Assembly (NCBI GenBank): GCA_038207335.1
Contig: JBBQZX010000015.1
Location: 55,445-119,444, forward strand
Source of the DNA: Chthoniobacterales bacterium
GTDB lineage: Bacteria; Verrucomicrobiota; Verrucomicrobiia; Chthoniobacterales; Chthoniobacteraceae
DNA: 64,000 nt
Direction of reading: 5' to 3'
Shown here: piece after piece, positions 52,677 through 62,847 of the stretch
Position numbering within the stretch: position 1 is the first letter of the stretch
Layout of the letters: every line of letters begins with the position of its first letter
Notes under the pieces: model-generated
The model's database searches: none
Told to the model about the DNA's origin: nothing
Seen by the model: the letters and a program-made list of their open reading frames with translations, nothing else
Position numbers and translations under genes: made by a program

Positions 52677-54077
52677 ATGCCCCGACCCGCCGCGCTTTTT
52701 CACACCGACACCGAGCGCACCACCGCCGACGAGCCGCGCCGCGCTTTCGTCCGCAAAGCGCTCCGCGGATACGAAGTCACGCGCAGCAAGACAGCCGCGA
52801 CTTTCACCGACTGGCAGCAGGCGCGCACCGCGGCGGCGGAGACGAAATACGAGGGGATCAATCACCTCGACCGCTGCCTCGCCGAGTTCGAGGAAAAATT
52901 CACGGCCCGCGGCGGCAAAGTTTTCTGGGCCAGCACGAGCGCGCAGGCGCGCGAATATATCCTCAATCTTGCGCGCGAGCGCGGCGTGAAATCGATCGTC
53001 AAATCCAAGGCGATGACGAGCGAGGAAATCCACCTCAACGACGCGCTCGAGGCCGATGGATACAAGGTTGTCGAAAGCGATCTCGGCGAATTCATCCAGC
53101 AGCTCAAGCATGAGCCGCCGTATCATTTCGTATTCCCGTGCATGCACCTGAAGCGCGACGAGATCAGCGCGCTCTTCGAAAAAGAACTCGGCAGCGCGCC
53201 GAGCGATTCGCCCGAGGAACTCACGCTCATCGCGCGCCGATTCCTGCGCCAGACTTACATCGAGGCCGACATGGGGATCTCCGGCGGCAATTTCATCGTG
53301 GCCGAAACCGGCATGATTTCGATCACGGAAAACGAAGGCAACGCGCGCCTCACCACCGCGATGCCAAAGATTCACGTCGCCCTCGTCGGTATCGAGAAAG
53401 TGCTGCCAAAGCTCGCCGACCTGGCGCTTTTCCTCCCGATGCTCGCGACCGCCGGCACCGGCCAGCACATGACGTGTTACAACTCCATGTATGCCGGCCC
53501 GCGCCAGCCCGGCGAGACCGATGGCCCCGAGGAAATGCATGTCGTCCTCCTCGACAACCACCGCACCCGCCTCCTCGCCGATGCCGAGCAGCGCGACGCC
53601 CTCGGCTGCATCCGCTGCGGCGCTTGCCTGAATGTCTGCCCCATTTTCAAAAACATCGGCGGGCACGCATACGGGACGACCTACCAGGGCCCCATCGGCT
53701 CCGTCATCACACCGCACTTTCGCGGCCTGCAGGAGTTCAAGCACCTCAGCGCCGCGTCGTCGCTTTGCGGTGCCTGCACCGAGACGTGCCCGGTGAAAAT
53801 CGACATCCATCACCACCTGCTGCACAACCGCCGAAACGCCGTCGCGCAAAGTAAAGTCTGGTGGGAAAGGCTCATCTGGTTCGCGTTCGTCTTCGCCATG
53901 AAACGCCCGTGGACACTGCGTCTTGCGACCTTCTTTGCACCGCTGCAAAAGCTGCATCCCATCGTCCTTGGCACCGCGCTCGACCCGCTCCGCTCGTGGA
54001 CAAAATCGCGCGAATTCCCCGAGGTGGCGTTCGAGAGTTTTCACGACTGGTGGGCAAAACGGAACGCATCGAAATGA
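52677..54077 (+). CDS. lutB: Lactate utilization protein B (LutB/LldF, Fe-S)
   Basis: KSKAMTSEE, ESDLGEFI, ENEGNAR, CIRCGACLNVCP and SSLCGACTETCP. Confidence 0.93.
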   Translation: MPRPAALFHTDTERTTADEPRRAFVRKALRGYEVTRSKTAATFTDWQQARTAAAETKYEGINHLDRCLAEFEEKFTARGGKVFWASTSAQAREYILNLARERGVKSIVKSKAMTSEEIHLNDALEADGYKVVESDLGEFIQQLKHEPPYHFVFPCMHLKRDEISALFEKELGSAPSDSPEELTLIARRFLRQTYIEADMGISGGNFIVAETGMISITENEGNARLTTAMPKIHVALVGIEKVLPKLADLALFLPMLATAGTGQHMTCYNSMYAGPRQPGETDGPEEMHVVLLDNHRTRLLADAEQRDALGCIRCGACLNVCPIFKNIGGHAYGTTYQGPIGSVITPHFRGLQEFKHLSAASSLCGACTETCPVKIDIHHHLLHNRRNAVAQSKVWWERLIWFAFVFAMKRPWTLRLATFFAPLQKLHPIVLGTALDPLRSWTKSREFPEVAFESFHDWWAKRNASK

Positions 54078-54763
54078 CGGGCGACCGCGACAAAATTTAC
54101 GCACGAATCCGCGAGGCACTGCGCGAGCCCGCGCCTCGGCATCATGACGCACCGATGCGCTCAGGCGCTCCGACAGCGACCGCGGAATTCCGCGCATGGC
54201 TCCCGCACGTCGGCCCGGATTTCACCGACCGCGTCGCGCTTTTCGCTAAACAATCCGACGCGCTCAAAAGCGAATTTCTCGAATGCGCCGATGCAGCAGC
54301 CGCAGCCGCGCACATCGCGTCTCTCGCCGAATCCAACGACTGGAAACAAATCGCGCTGCATCCCGGTGAACTGACCGATGCAGTCGCAAACCATCTACCA
54401 GCGGGCCTCGCGCGGTTTCCGGTTGCGGGCGGATACGACAAATTCGCGCTCGAAAAATGCGACGCCGGCCTCACCGAATGCGAGACGCTCATCGCGCAAA
54501 CCGGCTCCGTCTGCGTCACCTCGCGCAGCTCCGGCGGCCGCGCGCTCAGCGTCGTTCCGCCGCACCACATCGTCCTCGCGCGCCGCGCCCAACTCATCCC
54601 CGACCTCACCGCCGCCTACGAGCATCTCGCAAAAAAATATGGCGCTTCCTACCCGAGCTTCATCTCATTCATCAGCGGCCCCAGCCGCACCGGCGACATC
54701 GAGCGCATCCTAGTCCTCGGCGCCCACGGCCCGAAAAAGCTGACGATTCTCCTGCTCCCTTAG
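54074..54763 (+). CDS. lutC: Lactate utilization protein C (LUD domain)
   Basis: IAQTGSV and ISGPSRTGDIE..LVLGAHGP; ATGA overlap with lutB. Confidence 0.92.
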   Translation: MTGDRDKIYARIREALREPAPRHHDAPMRSGAPTATAEFRAWLPHVGPDFTDRVALFAKQSDALKSEFLECADAAAAAAHIASLAESNDWKQIALHPGELTDAVANHLPAGLARFPVAGGYDKFALEKCDAGLTECETLIAQTGSVCVTSRSSGGRALSVVPPHHIVLARRAQLIPDLTAAYEHLAKKYGASYPSFISFISGPSRTGDIERILVLGAHGPKKLTILLLP

Positions 54764-54812
54764 CGATGGCGCGAGGGCTTGACCCCTCCCTTTCGCCGCG
54801 CATCCTCCGGTA

Positions 54813-55859
54813 ATGCGCCAATTCCTCCCCATCGCCCTCTCCGCCCTCCTCACGGCTTCCGCACTCGCCCATCCCGGCACCCCCGGCCTCGCTCCAAAAG
54901 ACGACACCACCATCATCGTGGCCCAGCTCACCGGCACCGCCGAGCAGACCTACCAGACCGTTCCGAATTGGGGCGAAATCCCCGACCCGATCAACATCGG
55001 CCCGACCCACGGCGGCGTCGTCATCGACAAAGCGGGCAACATCTACGTCTCCACCGACGGCCCGAAAGGCATCTTCGTCTTCGCCCCGGACGGCAAACTC
55101 ATCCGCACGATGGCACCCGAGTTTTCCGGCATCCACGGCGTTTGCATCCGCGAGGAAAACGGTCAGGAATTCATCTACGCCGCACACCTCCGCGGCCACC
55201 AAGTCCTCAAGCTCACCCTCGCCGGTAAAGCCGTCCTCACCATCCCCTATCCCAAGGAAGCCGACGCATACCCCGAGGGAAAAGGCTACAGCCCGACCGG
55301 CGTCGCAGTAGCGCCGAACGGCGACATTTTCGTCGTCGATGGATACGGCCTCTCGCTCGTTCACAAGTTCGACTCCACCGGCAAATGGCTGAAGACCTTC
55401 GGCGGAAAAGGTAAGGAGCCCGGCAAATTCATGACCTGCCACGGCATCACCCTCGACATGCGCACCGGCACTCCGCTGCTGCTCATTTGCGATCGTGAAA
55501 ATCGGCGCATCCAGCATTTCGATCTCGACGGAAATTTCGTCGCCGTAATCGCCACCGACCTCCGCCGTCCCTGCTCCGCCTCCATCCGCGGCGATTACGT
55601 CGCCGTCGCCGAGCTCGAGGGGCGCGTCACCATCCTGAACAAAGCCAACGAGCAGATCGCTCATCTCGGCGACAACCCCGACAAGTCGCTCTGGGCGAAA
55701 TTCGACGCGCCTCCCGCCGTCTGGTCACCCGGCATTTTCACCGCGCCACACGGCATCTCGTACGACGCCGCGGGCAATCTCTACGTGCAGGACTGGAACA
55801 AAACTGGACGCGTCACGAAGCTCAACAAAGCCGCGCCGCCCGCGACCGTTTCTCGCTGA
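54813..55859 (+). CDS. Secreted NHL-repeat beta-propeller protein
   Basis: Signal peptide; PTGVAVAPNGDIFVVDGYG, CDRENRRIQHF and APHGI..D..GNLYV. Confidence 0.85.
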   Translation: MRQFLPIALSALLTASALAHPGTPGLAPKDDTTIIVAQLTGTAEQTYQTVPNWGEIPDPINIGPTHGGVVIDKAGNIYVSTDGPKGIFVFAPDGKLIRTMAPEFSGIHGVCIREENGQEFIYAAHLRGHQVLKLTLAGKAVLTIPYPKEADAYPEGKGYSPTGVAVAPNGDIFVVDGYGLSLVHKFDSTGKWLKTFGGKGKEPGKFMTCHGITLDMRTGTPLLLICDRENRRIQHFDLDGNFVAVIATDLRRPCSASIRGDYVAVAELEGRVTILNKANEQIAHLGDNPDKSLWAKFDAPPAVWSPGIFTAPHGISYDAAGNLYVQDWNKTGRVTKLNKAAPPATVSR

Positions 55860-55868
55860 GTCTGCCGT

Positions 55869-57251
55869 GTGAAAATCGCCGCGATGATGCTCGGCGACCG
55901 CTACGCCGACTGGCGCGCCGCTGACGCAAGCGTCCGCGAAGCCGTTCTGGTACAAGCTCCGCGGCGATTCACCGAGCACGAGCTGCAGGCGCACTGGTTC
56001 GCCGGCGACTTTGGGCGCGACTTCACCACCACCGCCGGCACGCCAGTCCGCGTCGTGCAATTCGGCGTCTGGAATCACGAAGCCGGCCCCGACTTCGCCG
56101 AGGCCGCCATCTCGCTCGACGGCGCGCCCGCCATCCGCGGCTGCATCGAACTCGATCCCGACGCGCGCGATTGGGAGCGCCACGGCCACGCCACGAATCC
56201 GGCGTATGAAAACGTCATCCTCCACACTTTCCCCGAGCGCGGTCCTGTCGAATTTTTCACCCGCACCCTCCTCCACCGCAACGTCCCGCAAGTCCTACTG
56301 GACCTCTCTCAGCTCTCGCTGAAATCCCCACAGTCGCTTCCCGAAGCCAAGCTCGGCCGCTGCAGCGGCCCCCTCCGCGCACTCACCGAAGACCGCGCCC
56401 GCGACATCCTCCTCGGTGCCGCCGACTTCCGCCTCCGGCGAAAAGCCGCGCAACTCGCCACCCTCGCCGAACTCCACGGCCCCGACGAAGCGCTCTTCCA
56501 ATCACTCGCCGCCGCACTCGGCTACAAGAGCAACAAACTCCCTTTCACCCTCCTCGCCCAGCGCCTCCCGCTCCGCCTCCTCCAGCGCGCAAAAGCCGAC
56601 GCCGACGCCCTGCTCTTCGGCGTCAGCGGATTCCTTACCACCACAAATCTCGCCGACTTCGATGTCCCCACACGCACCTATCTCCGCGGTCTGTGGGAGA
56701 AATGGTGGCCGCGCCGCACCGAGTTCGAGCGCCTCACGATCACGCCCGCGCATTGGAAAATGGGCGGCCAGCGTCCGGCGAATCATCCGCAGCGCAGGCT
56801 CGCAGCCCTCGCGCAAATCGTCCGCCACTGGCCGCGCGTGCGAGCCTTGGCAAAAGAGTGCAACCCTTCCGCGCTGCACGAGTTTTTCGTCGGACTCCGC
56901 GATGAATATTGGGAGCACCACTTCACCGTGACCTCAAAAACCACCGCCACTCGCATGGCCCTCGTCGGCGAAAGTCGCGTCGTCGAAATGCTCGCCAACG
57001 TCTTTTTCCCGCTCGCCATCTCCGCCGACGAATCCCGCGCGATCGGCTACCGCAATCTCCCCGCCGCGCCCACCAATCGCCGCATCGCCGTCGCCGCCAT
57101 CCGCCTCTTCGGCGACGACCCCCGCCAGCGCACCCTCCTCAAAACCGTCGCGATGCAGCAAGGCCTCCTGCAAATCTACGAAGACTTCTGCCTCCAAGAC
57201 GCCACCGACTGCGCCCGCTGCCGATTCCCCGAGCAACTATCAGCGTGGTGA
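55869..57251 (+). CDS. DUF2851 family protein
   Basis: GVWNHEAGPDF, DWERHGH..NPAY.NVILH, RPANHPQRRL and C-terminal C..C..C. Confidence 0.85.
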   Translation: MKIAAMMLGDRYADWRAADASVREAVLVQAPRRFTEHELQAHWFAGDFGRDFTTTAGTPVRVVQFGVWNHEAGPDFAEAAISLDGAPAIRGCIELDPDARDWERHGHATNPAYENVILHTFPERGPVEFFTRTLLHRNVPQVLLDLSQLSLKSPQSLPEAKLGRCSGPLRALTEDRARDILLGAADFRLRRKAAQLATLAELHGPDEALFQSLAAALGYKSNKLPFTLLAQRLPLRLLQRAKADADALLFGVSGFLTTTNLADFDVPTRTYLRGLWEKWWPRRTEFERLTITPAHWKMGGQRPANHPQRRLAALAQIVRHWPRVRALAKECNPSALHEFFVGLRDEYWEHHFTVTSKTTATRMALVGESRVVEMLANVFFPLAISADESRAIGYRNLPAAPTNRRIAVAAIRLFGDDPRQRTLLKTVAMQQGLLQIYEDFCLQDATDCARCRFPEQLSAW

Positions 57252-57283
57252 ACGCCCGATAATTGCTGAATCCCAAATCCCAA

Positions 57284-58582
57284 ATGCAAAATTCCGTCCG
57301 CCCCCTCGTCGCCGACATCGTCCAGCGCACGCCCGTCTTCGACATGCACACGCATCTCTACGACCCCGCATTCGGCGAGTTGCTGCTCTGGGGCATCGAC
57401 GACCTCCTCACCTACCACTACCTCGTCGCCGAGAGTTTCCGCTGGCTCGACATCCCGTACGAGAAATTTTGGACCCTCTCAAAATCCGAGCAGGCCAACC
57501 TCATCTGGGACACGCTTTTCATCTCCCACTCCCCCATCTCCGAAGCCTGCCGCGGCGTCCTCACCACCCTCAACCGCCTCGGCTTCGACCTCAAAAAACG
57601 CGACCTCCCCGCGATCCGAAAGCACTACGCCCAGTGGTCCGTCGGCGACTTCATCACGAAGTCCATGGAGCTCGCGAACGTCCGCAAAATCTGCATGACC
57701 AACTCCCCGTTCGACGACATCGAGCGGCCCGTCTGGGAGCGCGGCTTCACGCGCGACCCGCGCTTCGTCGCCGCCCTTCGCATCGATCCGCTGCTGCTAG
57801 ATTGGGAAAATAGCGCGCGAAAATTGCACTCGTGGGGCTACGACGTCCGCGCCGATTTCTCCGGCCAGACCTTCCCCGAAGTCCGCCGCTTCCTCGGCGT
57901 CTGGACCCGCCGCATCGGCTCCCAGTATTGCATGATCTCCCTCCCGCCTGACTTCGATTTCCTCTCAGTCACCGTCGAGACCGCCGCGAAAATCGACGAC
58001 ACCGAAGCCCGCGCCGGCATCAGCTACCGCCGCGCAGCGTGCAGCCTCCTCATCGAGCACGCCATCCTCCCTCACGGGCGCGAGCACGACCAGGCATTCG
58101 CCCTCATGATCGGCGTCCGCCGAAACTCAAACCCCTCGCTGCGCCTCGCCGGCGACAGCGTCGGCCCCAGCGACCCCTCCGCCGTCGAGCGCCTCTGCGG
58201 TACATTTCCCCAGAATAAATTCCTCTGCACCACCCTCGCCCGAGAAGACCAGCACGCCCTCTGCGTCGCCGCGCGCAAATTCCGCAACCTGCACATCTTC
58301 GGCTGCTGGTGGTTCCTGAACAACCCATCGCTCATCGAGGAAATCGCCCGCATGAGGATCGAGCTCATCGGCCTCAGCGTCACCCCCCAGCACAGCGACT
58401 GCCGCGTCCTCGACCAGCTCATCTACAAATGGGCCCACTCCCGCCCGATCCTCGAGAAAGTCCTCGGCGACAAATACACCGACCTCGCCGCCACCGGCTG
58501 GGAGCCCACGCGTGCCGAAATCGAGCGCGACGTCCACGACCTCCTCGGCGGCTCCCTCGAGACGTTCATCGGGAGAAAATAG
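57284..58582 (+). CDS. uxaC: Uronate (glucuronate) isomerase, Bacillus halodurans-type
   Basis: DMHTHL, LLTYHYL, CMTNSPFD, FGCWWFLN and QHSDCRVLDQLIYKW. Confidence 0.85.
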   Translation: MQNSVRPLVADIVQRTPVFDMHTHLYDPAFGELLLWGIDDLLTYHYLVAESFRWLDIPYEKFWTLSKSEQANLIWDTLFISHSPISEACRGVLTTLNRLGFDLKKRDLPAIRKHYAQWSVGDFITKSMELANVRKICMTNSPFDDIERPVWERGFTRDPRFVAALRIDPLLLDWENSARKLHSWGYDVRADFSGQTFPEVRRFLGVWTRRIGSQYCMISLPPDFDFLSVTVETAAKIDDTEARAGISYRRAACSLLIEHAILPHGREHDQAFALMIGVRRNSNPSLRLAGDSVGPSDPSAVERLCGTFPQNKFLCTTLAREDQHALCVAARKFRNLHIFGCWWFLNNPSLIEEIARMRIELIGLSVTPQHSDCRVLDQLIYKWAHSRPILEKVLGDKYTDLAATGWEPTRAEIERDVHDLLGGSLETFIGRK

Positions 58583-58647
58583 ACCCGCTCGGCAACGCGG
58601 CTTTTCGTGGAATTCCGGCACCCTCCTGCCGCACTCCAAACCCACCG

Positions 58648-61107
58648 CTACTCCGGCGCGTCGAGGTCGATGAGGATCTCCCGCGGCTTCGCACCTTCGC
58701 CAGCCGCGACGTATCCGCGGGCTTCGAGGATGTCCAGGATGCGGGCGGCGCGCGTGTAACCGAGGCGGAGGCGGCGCTGGAAGAGCGAGGTGGATGCCTT
58801 CTTTTCCTGCCGCATGACTTCGAGGCATTTCTCGACAAGTTCCTCGTCCTCGGCACTGACTTCCTCGGCGTCGCCCGAGCCGCCCGATTGCAGTCGCTCG
58901 TGGATCGTGGAGTCGAAGGCCGGCCCGCTCTGCGCTGAGGCGTGCTCGACCACGCGGTGGACTTCCTCGTCGGTGACGAGGACGCCCTGCGCGCGAATCA
59001 TGCGCGACGTGCCCGGCGGGCGATAGAGCATGTCACCCATGCCCAGCAGCCGCTCAGCACCGTTTTCATCGAGGATGACTCGCGAATCGAGAGGGGAGGA
59101 GACTTGGAAGGCGATGCGGCACGGGACGTTGGCCTTGATAACGCCGGTGATGACATCCGCGCGCGGAGTCTGCGTGGCGATGATCATGTGCAGCCCGGCG
59201 GCGCGCGCTTTTTGCGTGATGCGCGCGATGGCACTCTCCACATCGGCGGGCGCGGTCTGCATGAGGTCGGCGAGTTCGTCCACGATGATGACGATGAACG
59301 GCATCCGATCCGGCACGATGAGCTCCTCGGCTTCGCGCGGGACGGCGATCTTCGGCTTCGACGCGATCTTGAAAAGCTCGTCGTCGTCCATGTTTGCAAA
59401 GTCGATCTCCTCGGGCTCCACCACGGCCTCGGGTTCCGCGGGGATCGGCTCTGCTGCTTGTTTCGCTTCGAGTTCCTCGTCGAGCTGCTTCTGTGATTTG
59501 GGCAGCGGGCGCTCGTTGAAGCTGCCGATATTTCGCACGCCGACTTTGGCGAAAATGGCATATCGCTTTTCCATCTCATCGACCGCCCAGCGCAGCGCGA
59601 GGAGCACTTTCTTCGGATCAGTGACGACCGGCACGACCAGATGCGGGAGCGTGTTGTACATCTGCATCTCGACGACCTTCGGGTCGATCATGATGAGCCG
59701 CAGATCCTCGGGCGTGAATCGGTAGAGGATGCTCGCGATGATCGCGTTGATGCAGACGCTCTTCCCCGAGCCGGTTGTGCCCGCGACGAGGCCGTGAGGC
59801 ATCGCGGCGAGGTCGGCGATGACTGTCTTGCCGTACACATCTTTGCCCAGCGCGATCGGGATGCGCGCTTTGGAATGTTGAAAGTCGTCGCTCTCAAGCA
59901 GTTCACGCAGCGTGACTTTCTGCTTCTTGGAATTCGCGATCTCGATGCCGACCGTGTCTTTGCCCGGAATCGGTGCGAGGATGTTGATCCGCTCGGCGCG
60001 GGTGGCGCGGGCGATGTCGCGCTCCAGCGCGGTGATCTTGTCCACGCGCACACCTTTCGCCGGATACACTTCGTATCGCGTGATCGTCGGCCCGCGTGTG
60101 ATGTCGCCGCGCGAGACGACAATGCCGAACTGCGCGAGCGTCTCGATGATCATCTCCTGCGTCGCGAGGAGTTCCGCCGGATCGGCGGCCTGCCGCGAGG
60201 CGTGGTCGATCGGATCGAGCAGTTCGAGCGAAGGCATCTCATAGCCCTCGCAGGAGAGCGTCGCGAGGGCCTGAATGTCTTCCTTTTTGGGCTTCGGCAC
60301 CTTTTCGCGGACCGGCTGCGGCGCACCGCCATCGATGATTTTCGGCGCGGGTCGCGGCGGCTCTTCCTCCTCGGCGCTGAGCTTGAATTCCTCCTGCGGA
60401 GCCTCTGCGGTCGCGGCAGGCGCGCCGCGCTTCGTCAGCGTCTTCTCGAGCCGCCGCCGCTCCTTTTCCAGACGCGCTGCATCGATTTGAAGTTGTTGCG
60501 CCTCATTCGCATGCGCGCGCTGACGGGCGCGATATTTCTCCAAAAGGATGCCCGGCATGGCGATCGCACGCCGCACCACTTCCACCGGATGAATGCCCGT
60601 CATCAGAATCAGGCTCGCGACGTAGGCGCACAGCAGGACCACCAACGCGCCGATCGAGCCGAGCGCGGCGTGCAGCATACGATGGCCGATCCACTGGCCG
60701 ATCCAGCCGCCCTCGCCTGCGATATTCATCCGATCAGCGCCGATGAATGCGAACGGCAGCACCTCCGCCAGACACGCCGCCGACACCACGAAAAGCGCGC
60801 ACCACGCGACCCGGCGAGCCAGCGCGAGACTTGGCGAAAGCAGCTTCGCCCCGCCGCAGCCGAGCAGCACCGCCGCCACGAGATACGACGCCGCGCCCAG
60901 CATGAAATAGCACGCCCCAGCGACCCACGCGCCGAGCGGGCCGATGAAATTCTGCGCCGTCCGATTCGGCGGCGAGTAATACCACGACAGATCGCGGGGC
61001 GTGTAAGAGATGAGCGCGAGGAAGAGCAGCGTGCCCAGCCCGAGCAGCGCGAGGCCGATCGCTTCGTGATAGGGGGAATTTTCGGTCTGGACCTGCGCGC
61101 GCGGCAT
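58648..61107 (-). CDS. ftsK: DNA translocase FtsK
   Basis: 4TM N-terminus, GTTGSGKS, MIDPK, DELADLM and gamma domain QRRLRLGYTRAARI. Confidence 0.97.
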   Translation of the reverse strand: MPRAQVQTENSPYHEAIGLALLGLGTLLFLALISYTPRDLSWYYSPPNRTAQNFIGPLGAWVAGACYFMLGAASYLVAAVLLGCGGAKLLSPSLALARRVAWCALFVVSAACLAEVLPFAFIGADRMNIAGEGGWIGQWIGHRMLHAALGSIGALVVLLCAYVASLILMTGIHPVEVVRRAIAMPGILLEKYRARQRAHANEAQQLQIDAARLEKERRRLEKTLTKRGAPAATAEAPQEEFKLSAEEEEPPRPAPKIIDGGAPQPVREKVPKPKKEDIQALATLSCEGYEMPSLELLDPIDHASRQAADPAELLATQEMIIETLAQFGIVVSRGDITRGPTITRYEVYPAKGVRVDKITALERDIARATRAERINILAPIPGKDTVGIEIANSKKQKVTLRELLESDDFQHSKARIPIALGKDVYGKTVIADLAAMPHGLVAGTTGSGKSVCINAIIASILYRFTPEDLRLIMIDPKVVEMQMYNTLPHLVVPVVTDPKKVLLALRWAVDEMEKRYAIFAKVGVRNIGSFNERPLPKSQKQLDEELEAKQAAEPIPAEPEAVVEPEEIDFANMDDDELFKIASKPKIAVPREAEELIVPDRMPFIVIIVDELADLMQTAPADVESAIARITQKARAAGLHMIIATQTPRADVITGVIKANVPCRIAFQVSSPLDSRVILDENGAERLLGMGDMLYRPPGTSRMIRAQGVLVTDEEVHRVVEHASAQSGPAFDSTIHERLQSGGSGDAEEVSAEDEELVEKCLEVMRQEKKASTSLFQRRLRLGYTRAARILDILEARGYVAAGEGAKPREILIDLDAPE

Positions 61108-61249
61108 TGGACGGGAGAATAGCGGGCCGATTCCGCTTTTCAATGCTCCAGTGCATTCCTGCGAAAGACTTCCAGTCCGACGCGCGCTTTCCTCCGTGAG
61201 CGCGATTTGAATGCTACACAACCCCGCCTCCCGCACCTTACCCTCACGC

Positions 61250-62191
61250 ATGTCCGAACCCATCGTCTTCGAGCCCCTCTTCATGGAACGCGTCTGGGGA
61301 GGCCGGCGCCTCGAGACCCGCTACGGCAAACGCCTCCCCCCCGGCGCCCGCGTCGGCGAATCCTGGGAAATCGTCGATCGCGAAGAAGCCCAGAGCGTCG
61401 TGCACGACGGCCCATTCCGCGGCTCCACACTCCACGACCTCTGGACCGAGCACCGCGACACCCTCTTCGGCACCGGATTCGCCGACATCGCGCGCTTTCC
61501 CCTCCTCTTCAAAATCCTCGATGCCCAAGAGCGCCTCTCAATGCAAGTCCACCCCCCCGCCGAAGTCGCCGCCCGCATCGGCGGCGAATCGAAGACCGAA
61601 ATGTGGCACATCCTCGAGACCCTCACCGGCGCCGCCATCTACGCCGGCCTCCGCAACGGCGTCACCCGCGACGACTTCTCCGCGGCCCTCGCCGATAGCC
61701 ACATCGCCGACCGCGTCCACCGCATCCCCACCCACGCCGGCGACACCATGTTCATCCCCAGCGGCCGCATCCACGCCATCGGCGCCGGCAATCTCATCTT
61801 CGAAGTCCAGCAAAACAGCGACACCACCTACCGCGTCTTCGACTGGAACCGCATCGGCCTCGACGGCGCACCGCGCCCCCTCCACATCGCCGAATCCCTC
61901 GCCTCCATCGACTTCGCCGACCACGAGCCCACCATGCTCCAGCCCTCCGGCGAGACCATCGCCCACTGCGAGCACTTCCATGTGGAAAAATGGCACCTCG
62001 ACGCCCCCCGGAGCAGTGGGGGTGAAACCTTCGCCGTCATCATGATCCTCTCCGGCGAAGTCGAATGCTGCCAGCGACGCTTCACCGCCGGCCGCTTCCT
62101 CCTCCTCCCCGCCGACTGCCCCGACCGCGAGCTCACCCCCCGCGCCACCGGCACCACCCTCCTCCGCACCACCATCCCCCGCCCGAGCTGA
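61250..62191 (+). CDS. manA: Type I mannose-6-phosphate isomerase
   Basis: LLFKILDA..LSMQVHP, KTEMW and HAIG..EVQQNSDTTYRVFDW. Confidence 0.93.
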   Translation: MSEPIVFEPLFMERVWGGRRLETRYGKRLPPGARVGESWEIVDREEAQSVVHDGPFRGSTLHDLWTEHRDTLFGTGFADIARFPLLFKILDAQERLSMQVHPPAEVAARIGGESKTEMWHILETLTGAAIYAGLRNGVTRDDFSAALADSHIADRVHRIPTHAGDTMFIPSGRIHAIGAGNLIFEVQQNSDTTYRVFDWNRIGLDGAPRPLHIAESLASIDFADHEPTMLQPSGETIAHCEHFHVEKWHLDAPRSSGGETFAVIMILSGEVECCQRRFTAGRFLLLPADCPDRELTPRATGTTLLRTTIPRPS

Positions 62192-62229
62192 GTTCGGTGG
62201 AAAATCCCACCTCTCTGTCATTGCGGAGC

Positions 62230-62620
62230 CGCTACCTCCACCGCCCCCAGACCCCCTCCACCCGCCCCCACCCACACTTAAACCCGCCCTGTCGGGACCC
62301 CCCGACCGTACGGAACAACCCCCCGACCCCCCGTCAGAGCTTCCCGACCGCCCGGAACTACCCATAGGCGTCCACGGAACTACCTCCCGCCCGGCCCACC
62401 ACACCGCCCACCGACGCCCCCGCCAATACCCACTGGCGACCCCGGAACTCCCCCTTGGCGCGCCCGTCACACCCTCCCCACCGCCCGTCACATCTACCCC
62501 CTCGCGCGAAACTCCCCATCAAGCCCACAAACACCCTAAAAAAATCGACCCTCCCACCCCATAGCCCTCTTGCCAAAAACGCTCGCCCTGCTCCCCTCTC
62601 ACCCATGCCCTCCAGAGAAC
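62230..62620. repeat. C-rich low-complexity tract with degenerate ~21-nt repeats
   Basis: CGGAAC recurs at 62311, 62353, 62375 and 62443; CGCCCGTCACA occurs at 62461 and 62482. Confidence 0.55.
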
Positions 62621-62669
62621 CCCTCCGAAATAGCCGAAACGATTTCGCATTCAAAAGTGAAAACATTTC

Positions 62670-62688
62670 GTCCAATTCAGAGTTAGGG
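62670..62688 (+). other. Candidate integron attI / first-cassette core site, split by a MITE
   Basis: GTCCAAT-N5-GTTAG; removing the MITE gives GTTAGGGGTCATATC-ATG immediately before cassette ORF 1. Confidence 0.5.
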
Positions 62689-62834
62689 AACCGCTGATTT
62701 AATCGACACTTGAAAAATTTGACGCGCTTTCGACCATCCAAATCACCTTCCGGTGAGATTAAAGTCGTTTCTACGCCATTCTCGTGCGTTGAATTCCGCG
62801 GAAAATTCGGCCATTGATTAAATCAGCGGTTCCC
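62686..62834. mobile_element. 149-bp MITE with perfect terminal inverted repeats
   Basis: TAGGGAACCGCTGATTTAATC (62684-704) and GATTAAATCAGCGGTTCCCTA (62816-836) are exact reverse complements; TA flanks both ends; no credible internal coding sequence. Confidence 0.85.
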
Positions 62835-62847
62835 TAGGGGTCATATC

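Noticed and set aside
62230..62620. CRISPR array
   Set aside because: There are no identical repeats with unique spacers, and no cas genes in the window.
62191..62680. Possible integron integrase (ORF 62358-62741 -)
   Set aside because: The translation is a Gly/Arg-rich low-complexity shadow with no tyrosine recombinase motifs.
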